Shown: positions 38,000 through 47,819, counted from the stretch's first letter. The stretch: 64,000 bases of DNA from an uncultured Acidimicrobiaceae bacterium (GCA_963803025.1 CAWDKZ010000013.1:148831-212830); one strand, 5' to 3'. Notes: generated from the letters alone by a model not told the origin. A program made the numbers and translations.

Positions 38000-39252
38000 G
38001 GCTGCCCGCGCACGAGGCGACCACGGCGCAACTCGGTGCCGCTTACCCCTGTGTCGCGACGCGTCGGCTTCCTGCCAGGGGTGTGTTCATTGGACGCGAC
38101 CTGTTCGGCGGATCGTTCGTGTACGACCCGTTCGAGCTGTATCGGGCGGGCGCGATCACCAACCCGAACATGGTCGTGCTCGGGCAGATCGGCCGGGGCA
38201 AGAGCGCGTTCGTGAAGACGTATCTCCTCCGGCAGGCGGCGTTCGGACGCCGCATCGTGATCCTCGATCCCAAAGGCGAGTACGGGCCCTTCGCCCGGGC
38301 TCTCGGTGCCGAACCCATCGTCCTCCGCCCGGGGGGTTCGGTCCGGCTGAACCCGCTCTCGGTCGCCGAACGCTCGACGGCGGATGAGTCGGGCGACGTG
38401 TCGTCGCGCCGTTCGGTCGTCGCCGATCTCGCTTCCGCGTGTCTCGGCCGATCCCTCGGTCCCGCCGAGCACGTGGCGATCGATCTCGCGCTCGACAGGG
38501 CGCGCCGCGCGGCCAGGTCGCCGACGCTGTCCTCCATCGTCACAGCGCTGCTCGAACCGAGCAGCGGGTCTGCCCGCTCGATCGGTTGCCGCGTCGCCGA
38601 GTTGGCCGCCGACGGACGGGAGGTTGGTCTCGAGCTCCGCCGTCTCGTGTCGGGTGAGCTGGCGGGAATGTTCGACGGCGCGACAACACCAGGAGTTGAC
38701 CTCTGCGCGCGCGTCGTGGTCATCGATCTTTCGCACGTCTACAGTTCGCCGGCCCTCGGGGCGCTCGTCACGTGTGCTGCCGCGGCGCTCGAGCGCGTCT
38801 TGGACCGACCCGGGACGGCCCAGACCTTCCTCGTCATCGACGAGGGATGGGCCGTCGTGCACAACCCCGGCGCGGCGAGGTTCCTCCAGGCGTCCTTCAA
38901 GCTTGCCCGGGCGCGCGGGATCGCCAACATCGTCGTCGTCCACCGGGTATCGGATTTCGCCGCCTCGGGCCCCGCCGGAAGTGTCGCCGTCCGCCTTGCC
39001 GAGGGTTTGGTCGCGGACTGCGAGACGGTCGTCTGCTATGCGCAAAGCGACGCGGAGGTCCCGGCAGCGATGCGGCTCTTCGGGCTCTCGGAGGCCGAGT
39101 CGCGCTTGTTGCCGAGGCTCCGCCGAGGGGTCTCGTTGTGGCGCATCGGAACTCGGCCGTACCTCGTCGAGCATCGCCTCGCGCCGTCCGAACGCGCGAT
39201 CGTCGACACCGACGCGCGACTCGCATCTCCGACGTCGAGCGCGCCAGCGTGA
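37996..39252 (+). CDS. VirB4 C-terminal-half-like ATPase
   Basis: Walker A VVLGQIGRGKSAF, Walker B TFLVIDEGW. It is the in-frame second part of the 914-aa track ORF. Confidence 0.75.
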   Translation: MRLPAHEATTAQLGAAYPCVATRRLPARGVFIGRDLFGGSFVYDPFELYRAGAITNPNMVVLGQIGRGKSAFVKTYLLRQAAFGRRIVILDPKGEYGPFARALGAEPIVLRPGGSVRLNPLSVAERSTADESGDVSSRRSVVADLASACLGRSLGPAEHVAIDLALDRARRAARSPTLSSIVTALLEPSSGSARSIGCRVAELAADGREVGLELRRLVSGELAGMFDGATTPGVDLCARVVVIDLSHVYSSPALGALVTCAAAALERVLDRPGTAQTFLVIDEGWAVVHNPGAARFLQASFKLARARGIANIVVVHRVSDFAASGPAGSVAVRLAEGLVADCETVVCYAQSDAEVPAAMRLFGLSEAESRLLPRLRRGVSLWRIGTRPYLVEHRLAPSERAIVDTDARLASPTSSAPA

Positions 39253-41027
39253 GCTCGGGTTCCCGCAGGCGGACTCGCGGCGTGCACCCGGAGTGGAAGC
39301 GGCGGTCGGCGGGCTCCAGCCGGTCCGCCGGGCAAGGTCAGGTCGTTGTCGCCGCCGGCGTCGCTGGGCTATCGGGGCTCTGTTGGGTCGCGGGGGGCTG
39401 CGCGACGCTCGTCGCCGGCCACGGCTGGCACGAGATCCGCCCTGTCGCGTCCCTCGGTTTGCTCGTCGGTCTGCTCTGCCACCCGGCCACGCCGGATCTT
39501 GCCTGGCCCGTTGCCGTCCGAAGGTTCCTGCCCCCCGGGGGGATCTGCTGGGTGATCCTTGCCGCGCTCACGCTCGGTTGCGGTGCGACCGGGATCGCAG
39601 TGCGGTCGATCGTCCGGTCCTGGCCCGGCCGCGCGCGGCCGCCTCGGGACTCCGGGGCCGTGTGGGCGGGACGAGACGACCTCCGATCGCTCGTCGTCAG
39701 GAGACCGGGAGCAGGCCGCCTTGTTGTCGGGCGTGTCGGACGGACGCTTGTCGCGGCCGAGTGCGGACAGTCGTTGCTCGTCGCCGGGCCGACACAGTCC
39801 GGCAAGACCTCGGGGCTGGCGATCCCGGCGATTCTGGAATGGGACGGCCCGGTCGTCGCGACCAGCGTGAAGACCGACCTCGTGCGGCAGACGGCCCGGT
39901 GGCGGGAGTCGATCGGCCGTGTGCTCGTCTACGACCCGACCGGTGTCACGGGCGCGTCGGGTGCGGGTTGGTCGCCGCTCGCCGAGGCGTCCGACTGGGC
40001 GGGGGCGCGGCGGGTCGCGGCGGGACTGTCCGCCGTCCAGCGGGAGGGTGGTGTTTCCGAGGACGCCGCGTTCTGGATCGGGCTCGCAGAGAAGATGCTC
40101 GGTCCGTTGCTTCTCGCGGCGGCGGCGTCGGGGCGAAGGATGGCCGACGTCGTGCGGTGGGTCGACTCGGGGGAGGTCACCGAGGTGCTCGACGCCCTGG
40201 AATCCGCGGGCGCCTCCGAGGCGTTGTCGGCCGCGCAGGCGAGTTTCTCGCGAGAGGACCGTCAGCTGAGCTCTGTCTACGCGACCGTCGAGACCCTCGT
40301 CGCGGCCTTCGCGGACCCCGCCATCGCCGCCGCGACGGCGAGTCACGACATCGACGCGACGCGATTCTTCGACGAGGGTGCCGGCACGCTGTTCCTCGTC
40401 GCGCCGTCGCACGAGCAGGCGCGGTTCCGTCCGGTGTTTGTCGCAGTTCTGCGCTGCATCCTCGAGCGCGCGATCACGAAAGCGTCGCGTGACGGCCGTC
40501 TCGATCCTCCGTTGCTCGTCGTGCTCGACGAGGCCGCCAACATCGCGCCACTGTCGGATCTTGACGTGCTGGCGTCGACGGCGTCCTCGCACGGCATTCA
40601 GCTCGTCACCGTCTGGCAGGATTTCGCCCAGATCGAGGCGCGTTACGGGGCTCGCGCCGCGACCGTCGTGAACAACCACCGGGCCAAGCTCGTCTGTTCG
40701 GGGATCGCCGACCCGGCGACACTCGAGCAGATGTCCCGGCTCATCGGTGAGGAGCTGCGCCCGGTCGAGACGCTGACCGTCGACCGGGCTGGCACCGCGT
40801 CGACGACGCGCAGCCATGCCGAACGTCGCCTCGCGTCGGCCGCGTGGTTGCGGCGACTCGACCCCGGTGAGGCGGTCCTCCTCTACGGTCACCTGCCGCC
40901 GGCTCGAGTCATGCTGCGCCCCTTCTACGCCGAGGGCGACCTTCGACGCATGGCCGGCTCCTCGACAGCGGACGCCCCGCGGCACGCACCGGGCGCGCGT
41001 CGCCGCCGGTCGCGCCGGCGGCGGTAG
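39249..41027 (+). CDS. Type IV coupling protein (VirD4/TraG family)
   Basis: N-terminal TM helices, Walker A LLVAGPTQSGKTS, Walker B PLLVVLDEAANI, then HGIQLVTVWQDFAQI. GTGA overlap with the upstream ATPase. Confidence 0.8.
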   Translation: MSSGSRRRTRGVHPEWKRRSAGSSRSAGQGQVVVAAGVAGLSGLCWVAGGCATLVAGHGWHEIRPVASLGLLVGLLCHPATPDLAWPVAVRRFLPPGGICWVILAALTLGCGATGIAVRSIVRSWPGRARPPRDSGAVWAGRDDLRSLVVRRPGAGRLVVGRVGRTLVAAECGQSLLVAGPTQSGKTSGLAIPAILEWDGPVVATSVKTDLVRQTARWRESIGRVLVYDPTGVTGASGAGWSPLAEASDWAGARRVAAGLSAVQREGGVSEDAAFWIGLAEKMLGPLLLAAAASGRRMADVVRWVDSGEVTEVLDALESAGASEALSAAQASFSREDRQLSSVYATVETLVAAFADPAIAAATASHDIDATRFFDEGAGTLFLVAPSHEQARFRPVFVAVLRCILERAITKASRDGRLDPPLLVVLDEAANIAPLSDLDVLASTASSHGIQLVTVWQDFAQIEARYGARAATVVNNHRAKLVCSGIADPATLEQMSRLIGEELRPVETLTVDRAGTASTTRSHAERRLASAAWLRRLDPGEAVLLYGHLPPARVMLRPFYAEGDLRRMAGSSTADAPRHAPGARRRRSRRRR

Positions 41028-41185
41028 AAGGGACCGACCGCCGGCAGCGATGCTGGTTCGCCGCTCGGTTCCGCCGCGTCGTCGTCGCGCGAACGTCGGC
41101 CGACGGGTCGGGATCGCGGCTTCGTGCCCGTCGCGAAGTCGCAGCTGAGCGGGAGCGAAACGGCACCCGTCGCCGTCGGGAAGGA

Positions 41186-41212
41186 TTCATGCGGACGTCA
41201 TCGTCTGGTCAC
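41186..41212 (+). promoter_or_regulatory. Pho-box-like triple direct repeat at 11-bp periodicity upstream of pstB
   Basis: TTCAT (41186), GTCAT (41197) and GTCAC (41208). About 90 nt upstream of the pstB ATG at 41302. Confidence 0.45.
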
Positions 41213-41301
41213 TTGGAGTTCTCTTTCGGTTCAAGTCGCCTGGGTACGGTCGCGGCGACGTGGCGAATCCCTTTGAAGCGTTCGAACCCAAGGTGGCCTC
41301 A

Positions 41302-42111
41302 ATGGTCGGGAGCGGCGCCGCCGGCACGACACTGCTCGAGGACACAGACGTCATGCACGCGCACCAGGTATCGCTCGGGTTCGGCGCCACGACGATCATG
41401 CGGGACATCTCCGTCGGTTTCCCGAAGGGCACGATCACGGCGCTGATCGGCCCGTCGGGCTCCGGCAAGACGACCTTCCTGCGCGCGCTGAACCGGATGA
41501 ACGACAAGGTTCGCGACTTCTGGCACCACGGCCAGATCTCGCTCTACGACGACGAGATCTACCACGCCAGCATGGACCCGCTCGTGCTGCGCCGACGCGT
41601 CGGTATGGTCTTCCAACGGCCGAATCCGTTCCCGATGTCGATCCTCGACAACATCGTCTCGGGCGTCCGAGCCCACCGCATGGCGAAGCGATCCGAGCTG
41701 AGGGACATCGCCGAGACCCGTCTCGCCGAGGTCGGCCTGTGGAGCCACGTGGCGGACCGCCTTCACGACTCGCCGTTCCGACTCTCCGGTGGTCAGCAGC
41801 AGATGCTCTGCCTCGCCCGCGCCCTCGCCGTCGAGCCGGAGGTGCTGCTGCTCGACGAACCGACCTCCTCACTCGACCCCCGGTCGACCGAGGCGGTCGA
41901 GGAGCTGGTCCGTCGTCTCACCCCCGGGCTCACGGTGATCATCGTGACGCACGATCTCCACCAGGCCCGCCGCCTCTCGGACAACACGATCTTCTTCTAC
42001 GAGGGCTGCATGATCGAAACGGCGCCGACTTCGCAACTGTTCACTCGTCCCGAACGTCCCGAGACCGCTCGGTACATAGGAGGCGAGGTCGATCCGACAG
42101 GGAGACCCTGA
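41302..42111 (+). CDS. pstB: Phosphate ABC transporter ATP-binding protein
   Basis: ALIGPSGSGKTTFLRALNRMND, LSGGQQQMLCLARAL, LLLDEPTS. ATG 5 nt after AAGGTGG; the track ORF starts at 41260. Confidence 0.9.
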   Translation: MVGSGAAGTTLLEDTDVMHAHQVSLGFGATTIMRDISVGFPKGTITALIGPSGSGKTTFLRALNRMNDKVRDFWHHGQISLYDDEIYHASMDPLVLRRRVGMVFQRPNPFPMSILDNIVSGVRAHRMAKRSELRDIAETRLAEVGLWSHVADRLHDSPFRLSGGQQQMLCLARALAVEPEVLLLDEPTSSLDPRSTEAVEELVRRLTPGLTVIIVTHDLHQARRLSDNTIFFYEGCMIETAPTSQLFTRPERPETARYIGGEVDPTGRP

Positions 42112-42225
42112 ACGGGGATCGACGTGAGTGCCAGGGGACCGGTGACGGAGCCGGGATCCTCTGGAGGCAACTGCCCCGCAGACCGCCCCCCCCGGGCGGA
42201 GGACCGAAAGGAGCACAACCGAGTT

Positions 42226-43437
42226 ATGTACACGAACGCAGTAGGTACGACGAGGCGCAGCCGGTTCGGCCGGGGCCGGGTGACGGGCGTCGCGGCGATC
42301 GCTCTCGCCGCCGCCCTCGGTCTTGGCGCGATCGTCGTGTCACCGGGCGGCGCGGCGACGAGCAAGGCAATGACGATGAGCCAAGCCGAAGCGGCACTGG
42401 CGACCCTCGAGGCGCTGGCGCCGGCGAAGGCGCCGACGCTCACCGAGGCGGGCTCCTCGCTCTTCTACCCGCTCTGGGAGGAGTGGTCCGGGTCGACGGC
42501 CCCGTCGCCACCCGTGCCGGTGAGCCCCGGCAAGGGCGGCTCGGGTCTGGGACAGTCCGAAGCAGAAAACGGCACGATCAACATCGGCGGGTCGGACGGG
42601 TTCCTGCCGGCAGCGACGATGACGGGACCGCCCGCCGTTCTCAACATTCCCGTGACGGTCTCGGCGCAGGCGGTCGTCTACGACCTGCACAGCATCCCCG
42701 CGACGGATCACCTGAAGTTCTCGTCGACCGTGCTGAACGGCATCTACCAAGGAAAGATCAAGAACTGGGACAGCAAGGCGATCGCCGCGTTGAACCCCAA
42801 GGTGAAGCTGCCGGACAAGCCGATCATCCCCGTCCGTCGCATCGACTCGAGTGGTGACACGTTCATCTTCACGTCGTACCTGTACTACGGGGACAAGGAG
42901 AGCTGGACGCGCCAGTCGCCGTACGACGGGCCGCAGCTCATCTACACGACGTGGCCGTACGTCGACAACGAGCTCGCCGAAAGCGGTAACTCGGGCATCG
43001 AGGCGGCTGTCGAGGCGAACCCCGGCTCCATCGGCTACCTGGGTGTCAGCTACCTGCCATCGGCGGTTTTCGCCTCCCCGCCCCTGGGCTACGCGGAACT
43101 GGAGAACGGCTCGAACAAGTTCGTACTCCCGACGCCGGGGTCGATCAAGGCCGAAGTGGAGGCCTACCCGGACATCCCGGCAAATGGTGCGATTTCGCTC
43201 ATTGATTCGTCCAGTGCGCCGACCGGCTACCCGATCGTGAACTTCGAGTACGCGATCGTGCTCGAACACCAGCCGAGTCTGACGGCGGCCGACTCCATCA
43301 AGGCGGAGCTCGCCTGGGCGATGGACCCCGCTCACGGTGCGACCCCGGCGTTCCTCAACCCGGTGGAGTTCAGGCCACTGGCGCTCAATGCGCTCAGCGT
43401 GTCGATCGGCCTGCTTAACGAGATCAGCGCTTCCTAG
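42226..43437 (+). CDS. pstS: Phosphate-binding protein PstS
   Basis: ATG after AAGGAG. Signal peptide, then GSSLFYPLW and INIGGSDG motifs typical of PstS. Confidence 0.9.
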   Translation: MYTNAVGTTRRSRFGRGRVTGVAAIALAAALGLGAIVVSPGGAATSKAMTMSQAEAALATLEALAPAKAPTLTEAGSSLFYPLWEEWSGSTAPSPPVPVSPGKGGSGLGQSEAENGTINIGGSDGFLPAATMTGPPAVLNIPVTVSAQAVVYDLHSIPATDHLKFSSTVLNGIYQGKIKNWDSKAIAALNPKVKLPDKPIIPVRRIDSSGDTFIFTSYLYYGDKESWTRQSPYDGPQLIYTTWPYVDNELAESGNSGIEAAVEANPGSIGYLGVSYLPSAVFASPPLGYAELENGSNKFVLPTPGSIKAEVEAYPDIPANGAISLIDSSSAPTGYPIVNFEYAIVLEHQPSLTAADSIKAELAWAMDPAHGATPAFLNPVEFRPLALNALSVSIGLLNEISAS

Positions 43438-43520
43438 CAGGGGATCCCGCGGTCACGGATGCCCGTTCATGGTGCGGCAACGTCCTGTGGGTGTGGCATC
43501 CCGTGACCGACTGGAGTGCA

Positions 43521-44624
43521 ATGACGACAGCTAGCGAGGCGGCCGGCGCGAAGGGTGCGCGCCGGCCGCCCCTGTTGCCAGGCACTGGGTCCGGTGTTCG
43601 TGGCAGCGGTGCCGTCTCGCCGCGCCGGCACAGCCGCTACCTCGAGCGGCTCCTCGCCGCAGGCAGCGGCTTGTTGGCGACCTTGCCCTTCGCGGCGCTC
43701 ATCGCCATGCTCGTCGTGTTGCTCGTCGAGGCGATGCCGTCGATCCGCTACAACGGGACACGGTTCGTCACGTCGAGCACCTGGACGATCGGCAACACCT
43801 ACGGCGACATCCTCCACAGCGGCGGGGTCGCCCACCTCGCCGGCGCGGAGTTCGGGTCCTGGCCGCTCATCGTCGGGACCCTGGAGTCATCGGCGATCGC
43901 GCTCCTCGTCGGGCTGCCGATCGCCGTGGGCGCGGCCGTCCTGGTCGTGGAGAAGCTCCCCGCCCGCGCCGGCACGGTGATCGGCATCTGCCTCGAGATC
44001 CTCGCCGGCATCCCGAGCATCGTCATCGGCGTGTGGGGCGCCCTCACCTTCGGGCCGTGGATCGCCAAGGAGATCTACCCCGCGCTCTCGCACCTGCCGA
44101 ACGTGCCGCCGTTCGACATCTTCAGGGGCGCCGTCGGCGACGGCGAGGGGCTGCTGACGGGTGGTCTCGTGCTCGCCGCGATGATCATTCCGATCATCGC
44201 GGCGACGACCCGTGACCTGTTGCGCCAGGTGCCCGAGACGACGAAGGAAGGAGCCGAGGCGCTCGGGATGACCGACGCCGAGGTCTTCCGACGGGTCCAG
44301 GCGCGCTGGGTGCGGACCGGCGTGATCGGGGCGGCCGTGCTCGGGCTCGGCCGGGCACTCGGCGAGACGATGGCCGTCGCACTGATCTGCGGCGGCGAGA
44401 ACCAGCTCGCCCACAACATCTACGGCGTCATGACGACGATCGCGGCGAACATCGTGTTGACCCTCGACTCCGCGCAGACCGACCCGAGCGGCCTCGCGGT
44501 GAAGGCACTCGCCGAGCTCGCGCTCGTGCTCCTGATCATCACGCTCATCGTGAACGTCCTCGCGCGCGTCATCGTCCGACGTTCCGCCCACGGCGCGGTG
44601 CTCCCGGTCGGTGCCGGCTTCTGA
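43521..44624 (+). CDS. pstC: Phosphate ABC transporter permease PstC
   Basis: Polytopic. EAA-type loop TKEGAEALGMTDAEVFRRV. ATG 5 nt after GGAG; the track ORF starts at 43491. Confidence 0.9.
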   Translation: MTTASEAAGAKGARRPPLLPGTGSGVRGSGAVSPRRHSRYLERLLAAGSGLLATLPFAALIAMLVVLLVEAMPSIRYNGTRFVTSSTWTIGNTYGDILHSGGVAHLAGAEFGSWPLIVGTLESSAIALLVGLPIAVGAAVLVVEKLPARAGTVIGICLEILAGIPSIVIGVWGALTFGPWIAKEIYPALSHLPNVPPFDIFRGAVGDGEGLLTGGLVLAAMIIPIIAATTRDLLRQVPETTKEGAEALGMTDAEVFRRVQARWVRTGVIGAAVLGLGRALGETMAVALICGGENQLAHNIYGVMTTIAANIVLTLDSAQTDPSGLAVKALAELALVLLIITLIVNVLARVIVRRSAHGAVLPVGAGF

Positions 44625-45676
44625 TGGCGGCAACCACCGGGGCTGTCATACCACCCCGTCGCGCGACCGGCACCCCGTCGTCGACGCCTCGGACGGTCCT
44701 GTACCGGCGTCGGGTCATCAACTGGCTGTGGTGGGCAGGTTGCGGCTTCGGCCTCGCGTTCCTGGTCGCGCCGGTGGTGTGGATCCTCTACGGCGTGTTC
44801 CAACGCGGCATCAACGGTTGGCGCTGGAACGTGCTCTGGACCCCGACGTCCGGGCTCGGTGGCGGTCTCGCCAACGACATCGTCGGAACCTTGCTCATCA
44901 CGTTCGGCGTCGCGGTGATCGCGGGGATCGTGGGGATCGGGGCCGGGATCTACCTCGCCGAGTTCTGCCGGCCGGGCATCGTCTCGACGGTGCTGCGGAG
45001 CGCGTCGGAGGTGCTCTCCGGTGTCCCCTCGATCGTGTTCGGCTACGTCGGGTACCTCGCGCTCGTCATCGGGCTGCGCTGGAAGTTCTCGCTGCTCGCC
45101 GCCCTTGTCGTGCTCTCGCTGCTGGTCGTGCCCTACATCGCGAAGTCGACGGAACTCGCCCTCAACCAGGTGCCGCTCGCCTATCGCGAAGGTGGCGAGG
45201 CGCTCGGGATGGAGAAGTCCCACATGCTGCGTCGGGTTGTGCTGCGCTCGGCGGTCCCGGGGATACTCACGGGCATCGTTGTCGCGATCGCGATCTCGAT
45301 CGGCGAGACGGCGCCGCTGCTCTACACCGCCGGGCAGAACAGCACGTCCTACCCGACGGGCGCGTTACTCCACTCCGCGGTCCCCTACCTCACCTATGTC
45401 GTCTACGCCGACTATGACAGCCCGTTCCCGACCCAGCACGTCCTCTCGCACGACGCCGCGATGGTCCTCGTCGTGCTCGTCGTCGCCCTGATCCTCGGCT
45501 CCCGCCTCATCGTGCGCGCGACCCAGCGCTACGCGCCGAACCGGGCGCTCGCCGCGGCGAACAAGGGATGGCGGGCGCGCATGCCGCGGGCCGATATCGA
45601 GCCTGGGGTCGACAGACTTTTCGGCCGCGAGGCCGCGCCGGTGGACCCGGACGAATCGCCTCTCAGTAGGCGGTAA
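44624..45676 (+). CDS. pstA: Phosphate ABC transporter permease PstA
   Basis: YREGGEALGMEKSHMLRRVVL loop. Start overlaps the pstC stop. Confidence 0.9.
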   Translation: MAATTGAVIPPRRATGTPSSTPRTVLYRRRVINWLWWAGCGFGLAFLVAPVVWILYGVFQRGINGWRWNVLWTPTSGLGGGLANDIVGTLLITFGVAVIAGIVGIGAGIYLAEFCRPGIVSTVLRSASEVLSGVPSIVFGYVGYLALVIGLRWKFSLLAALVVLSLLVVPYIAKSTELALNQVPLAYREGGEALGMEKSHMLRRVVLRSAVPGILTGIVVAIAISIGETAPLLYTAGQNSTSYPTGALLHSAVPYLTYVVYADYDSPFPTQHVLSHDAAMVLVVLVVALILGSRLIVRATQRYAPNRALAAANKGWRARMPRADIEPGVDRLFGREAAPVDPDESPLSRR

Positions 45677-47819
45677 GGGCGCGGGCCGCGGCGACGATGT
45701 CCGCCGTCTGCGGCAGGACTGCCCGCTCCAGACCGGGGTCGTAACCGACCCAGGCGTCCTGGGCGGCGACACGGCGCACCGGGGCGTCGAGGTCAGCGAA
45801 GCACTCCGCGGCGACGAAGGCGGCGACCTCGGCGCCGAACCCGGACGTGACGACGTCCTCGTGGACGACGAGGCAGCGCGCCGTGCGCGCGACTGAGGCG
45901 GCGACCGCGTCTTTGTCCCAGGGCGCCAGGGTGCGCAGGTCGATCACCTCGAGCTCGACGCCCTCGGCGGCGAGCTGTTCGGCGGCGTCGAGCGAAAGCT
46001 GCACGGTGGCTCCCCAGGTCACGACCGAGAGGTCGCGGCCCGCCCGGGCGGTCGTCGCCCTGCCGAGCGGCAGGACGTAGTCGGGTCCTGGGAAGGGATC
46101 CATCGCGTAGCGCTGACGGAACAGGTGCTTGTGCTCCAGGAACAGCACCGGATCCTCGCAGCGGAACGCGGCGCGCAACAGCCCGGCTGCGTCGCGGGCG
46201 CGGGACGGGAACATGACGACCAACCCGGGGGTGTGGGTGAAGATGGACTCGCCGGACTGCGAGTGCCAGATCGCCCCGCCGCGCAGGTAGCCGCCGATCG
46301 CGACGCGCACGACGAGCGGCACGCAGAACGAGCCGTTCGAGCGCCATCTCGCCGTCGCCGCCTCGGTGCGGATCTGTTGCATGGCCGTCCAGATGTAGTC
46401 GAAGAACTGCACCTCGACCGCCGGACGCAGGCCGCGGATCGCCTGGCCGATCCCGCGACCGACGATGTTCGCCTCGGCGAGCGGCGCGTTGTAGCAGCGG
46501 TCGTCGCCGAAGGCCCGTTGCAGCCCGTGGGTGAGGCCGAAGACGCCGCCGAGGCCCTCGAGCTTCTCGTCGGGGGCGTCGGCGACGTCCTGGCCGAATA
46601 CGCGCACCCGTTCGTCGTTCGTCATCGTCTCGTGGAGCGTGCGGCGGATCGCCTCGCCGAAGTTGACCGGCGCCCCGTCCTCGCGGCATTCGGGAGGTTC
46701 CGGCAGCTCCGGCAGCTGCCAGAGTCGCGCCGTCGCGCTCGCGGGATCGGGTTTGGCAGCGCGCAGGGCCGCCTGACCGGCCGTCGCGACGAGCGCGCGG
46801 ACCTCGTCACGGATGGCGATCGCTTGTTCGGAGTCGAGGAGGCCGACCCCGGTCAGCTCCTCGCGCAGGCGTCGCACCGGGTCGTTGCTGTGATCCTCGG
46901 CGATCTCGGCGGCACAGCGGTACTTGGTCTGGTCGTCCGACGACGAGTGCGAGCTCAGCCGGACGACGTGGGCGTGGATGAGCACCGGGCCGGCTCCGTC
47001 ACGAGCCCGCGCGATCGCCTCGGCGCCGACGGCGCGGGCCGTGAAGTAGTCGCAGCCGTCGAGTTCCGCGACCTTGAGCCCGGGGAAGCCGGCGACGAGG
47101 TCGGAGACCGGCGCGGGGGATTGGTCCGCGACCGGGACCGAGATCGCGAAGCCGTTGTCCTCGACGACGTAGACGACGGGAAGGCGCAGCCGACAGGCGG
47201 TGTTCAGGCTCTCCCAGAACTCCCCCTCCGAGGTGGCCCCCTCGCCGAGCGAGACGAAGGTCACCTCGTCGGCGTGGGCCGTGATCCCGGTTAGGTCGTG
47301 GGCGGCGATGTAGCGTCCGGCTTCGGCGCACCCGATCGCCGGCAGGCACTGGCTGCCCGTCGCGCTCGTTTGGGAGACGATGTGCAGCTCAGGGCATCCC
47401 CAGTGCGCGGTCATCTGGCGCCCACCCGAGGCCGGGTCGGCGGCCGCACCGACGCACTGCAAGAGCACGTCGTAGGGGGTCACGCCGAGGGCGAGCACCA
47501 GGGCGAGGTCCCGGTAGTAGGGGAAGAACCAGTCGTAGCCGGCTCGTAGCGACCGGGCGAGACCGACGAGGAGGGCCTCGTGCCCGGCCCCCGAGACGTG
47601 GAAGTACGCCGCGCCCTGTTTGTGGATCGTGAGTTCACGTTCGTCGATCGCCTGGGCAAGGCACGCGAGCCGGAAGTCCTCGATCGCCTCGGCGGCGGGA
47701 AACCCACGCCAGGTCGGTTCGCCGGGGAAGCCGTTGCCCCGCGCGGCGATCGTCAGTGCCGCGGGCTCCTCGTCCCTGTCGCGTCGCCCGTCATGATCGG
47801 GACGCACTGGCGCCGTCAT
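45663..47819 (-). CDS. Thiamine-diphosphate-dependent 2-oxoacid dehydrogenase E1 with fused alpha and beta subunits
   Basis: The alpha-type N-terminal half (GAGHEALLVGLA, YRDLALVL, GEGATSEGEFWESLN) and the transketolase-like beta half (FGQDVA...GGVFG, PLAEANIVG) are in one 718-aa ORF. Confidence 0.85.
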   Translation of the reverse strand: MTAPVRPDHDGRRDRDEEPAALTIAARGNGFPGEPTWRGFPAAEAIEDFRLACLAQAIDERELTIHKQGAAYFHVSGAGHEALLVGLARSLRAGYDWFFPYYRDLALVLALGVTPYDVLLQCVGAAADPASGGRQMTAHWGCPELHIVSQTSATGSQCLPAIGCAEAGRYIAAHDLTGITAHADEVTFVSLGEGATSEGEFWESLNTACRLRLPVVYVVEDNGFAISVPVADQSPAPVSDLVAGFPGLKVAELDGCDYFTARAVGAEAIARARDGAGPVLIHAHVVRLSSHSSSDDQTKYRCAAEIAEDHSNDPVRRLREELTGVGLLDSEQAIAIRDEVRALVATAGQAALRAAKPDPASATARLWQLPELPEPPECREDGAPVNFGEAIRRTLHETMTNDERVRVFGQDVADAPDEKLEGLGGVFGLTHGLQRAFGDDRCYNAPLAEANIVGRGIGQAIRGLRPAVEVQFFDYIWTAMQQIRTEAATARWRSNGSFCVPLVVRVAIGGYLRGGAIWHSQSGESIFTHTPGLVVMFPSRARDAAGLLRAAFRCEDPVLFLEHKHLFRQRYAMDPFPGPDYVLPLGRATTARAGRDLSVVTWGATVQLSLDAAEQLAAEGVELEVIDLRTLAPWDKDAVAASVARTARCLVVHEDVVTSGFGAEVAAFVAAECFADLDAPVRRVAAQDAWVGYDPGLERAVLPQTADIVAAARALTAY

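Noticed and set aside
36508-39252. 914-aa ORF as one giant VirB4-like protein
   Set aside because: The middle (about 37860-37995) is nonsense in this frame, while the +1 frame gives a conserved-looking C-terminus ending in an ATGA overlap with a new start. It is better explained as two genes plus a frameshift.
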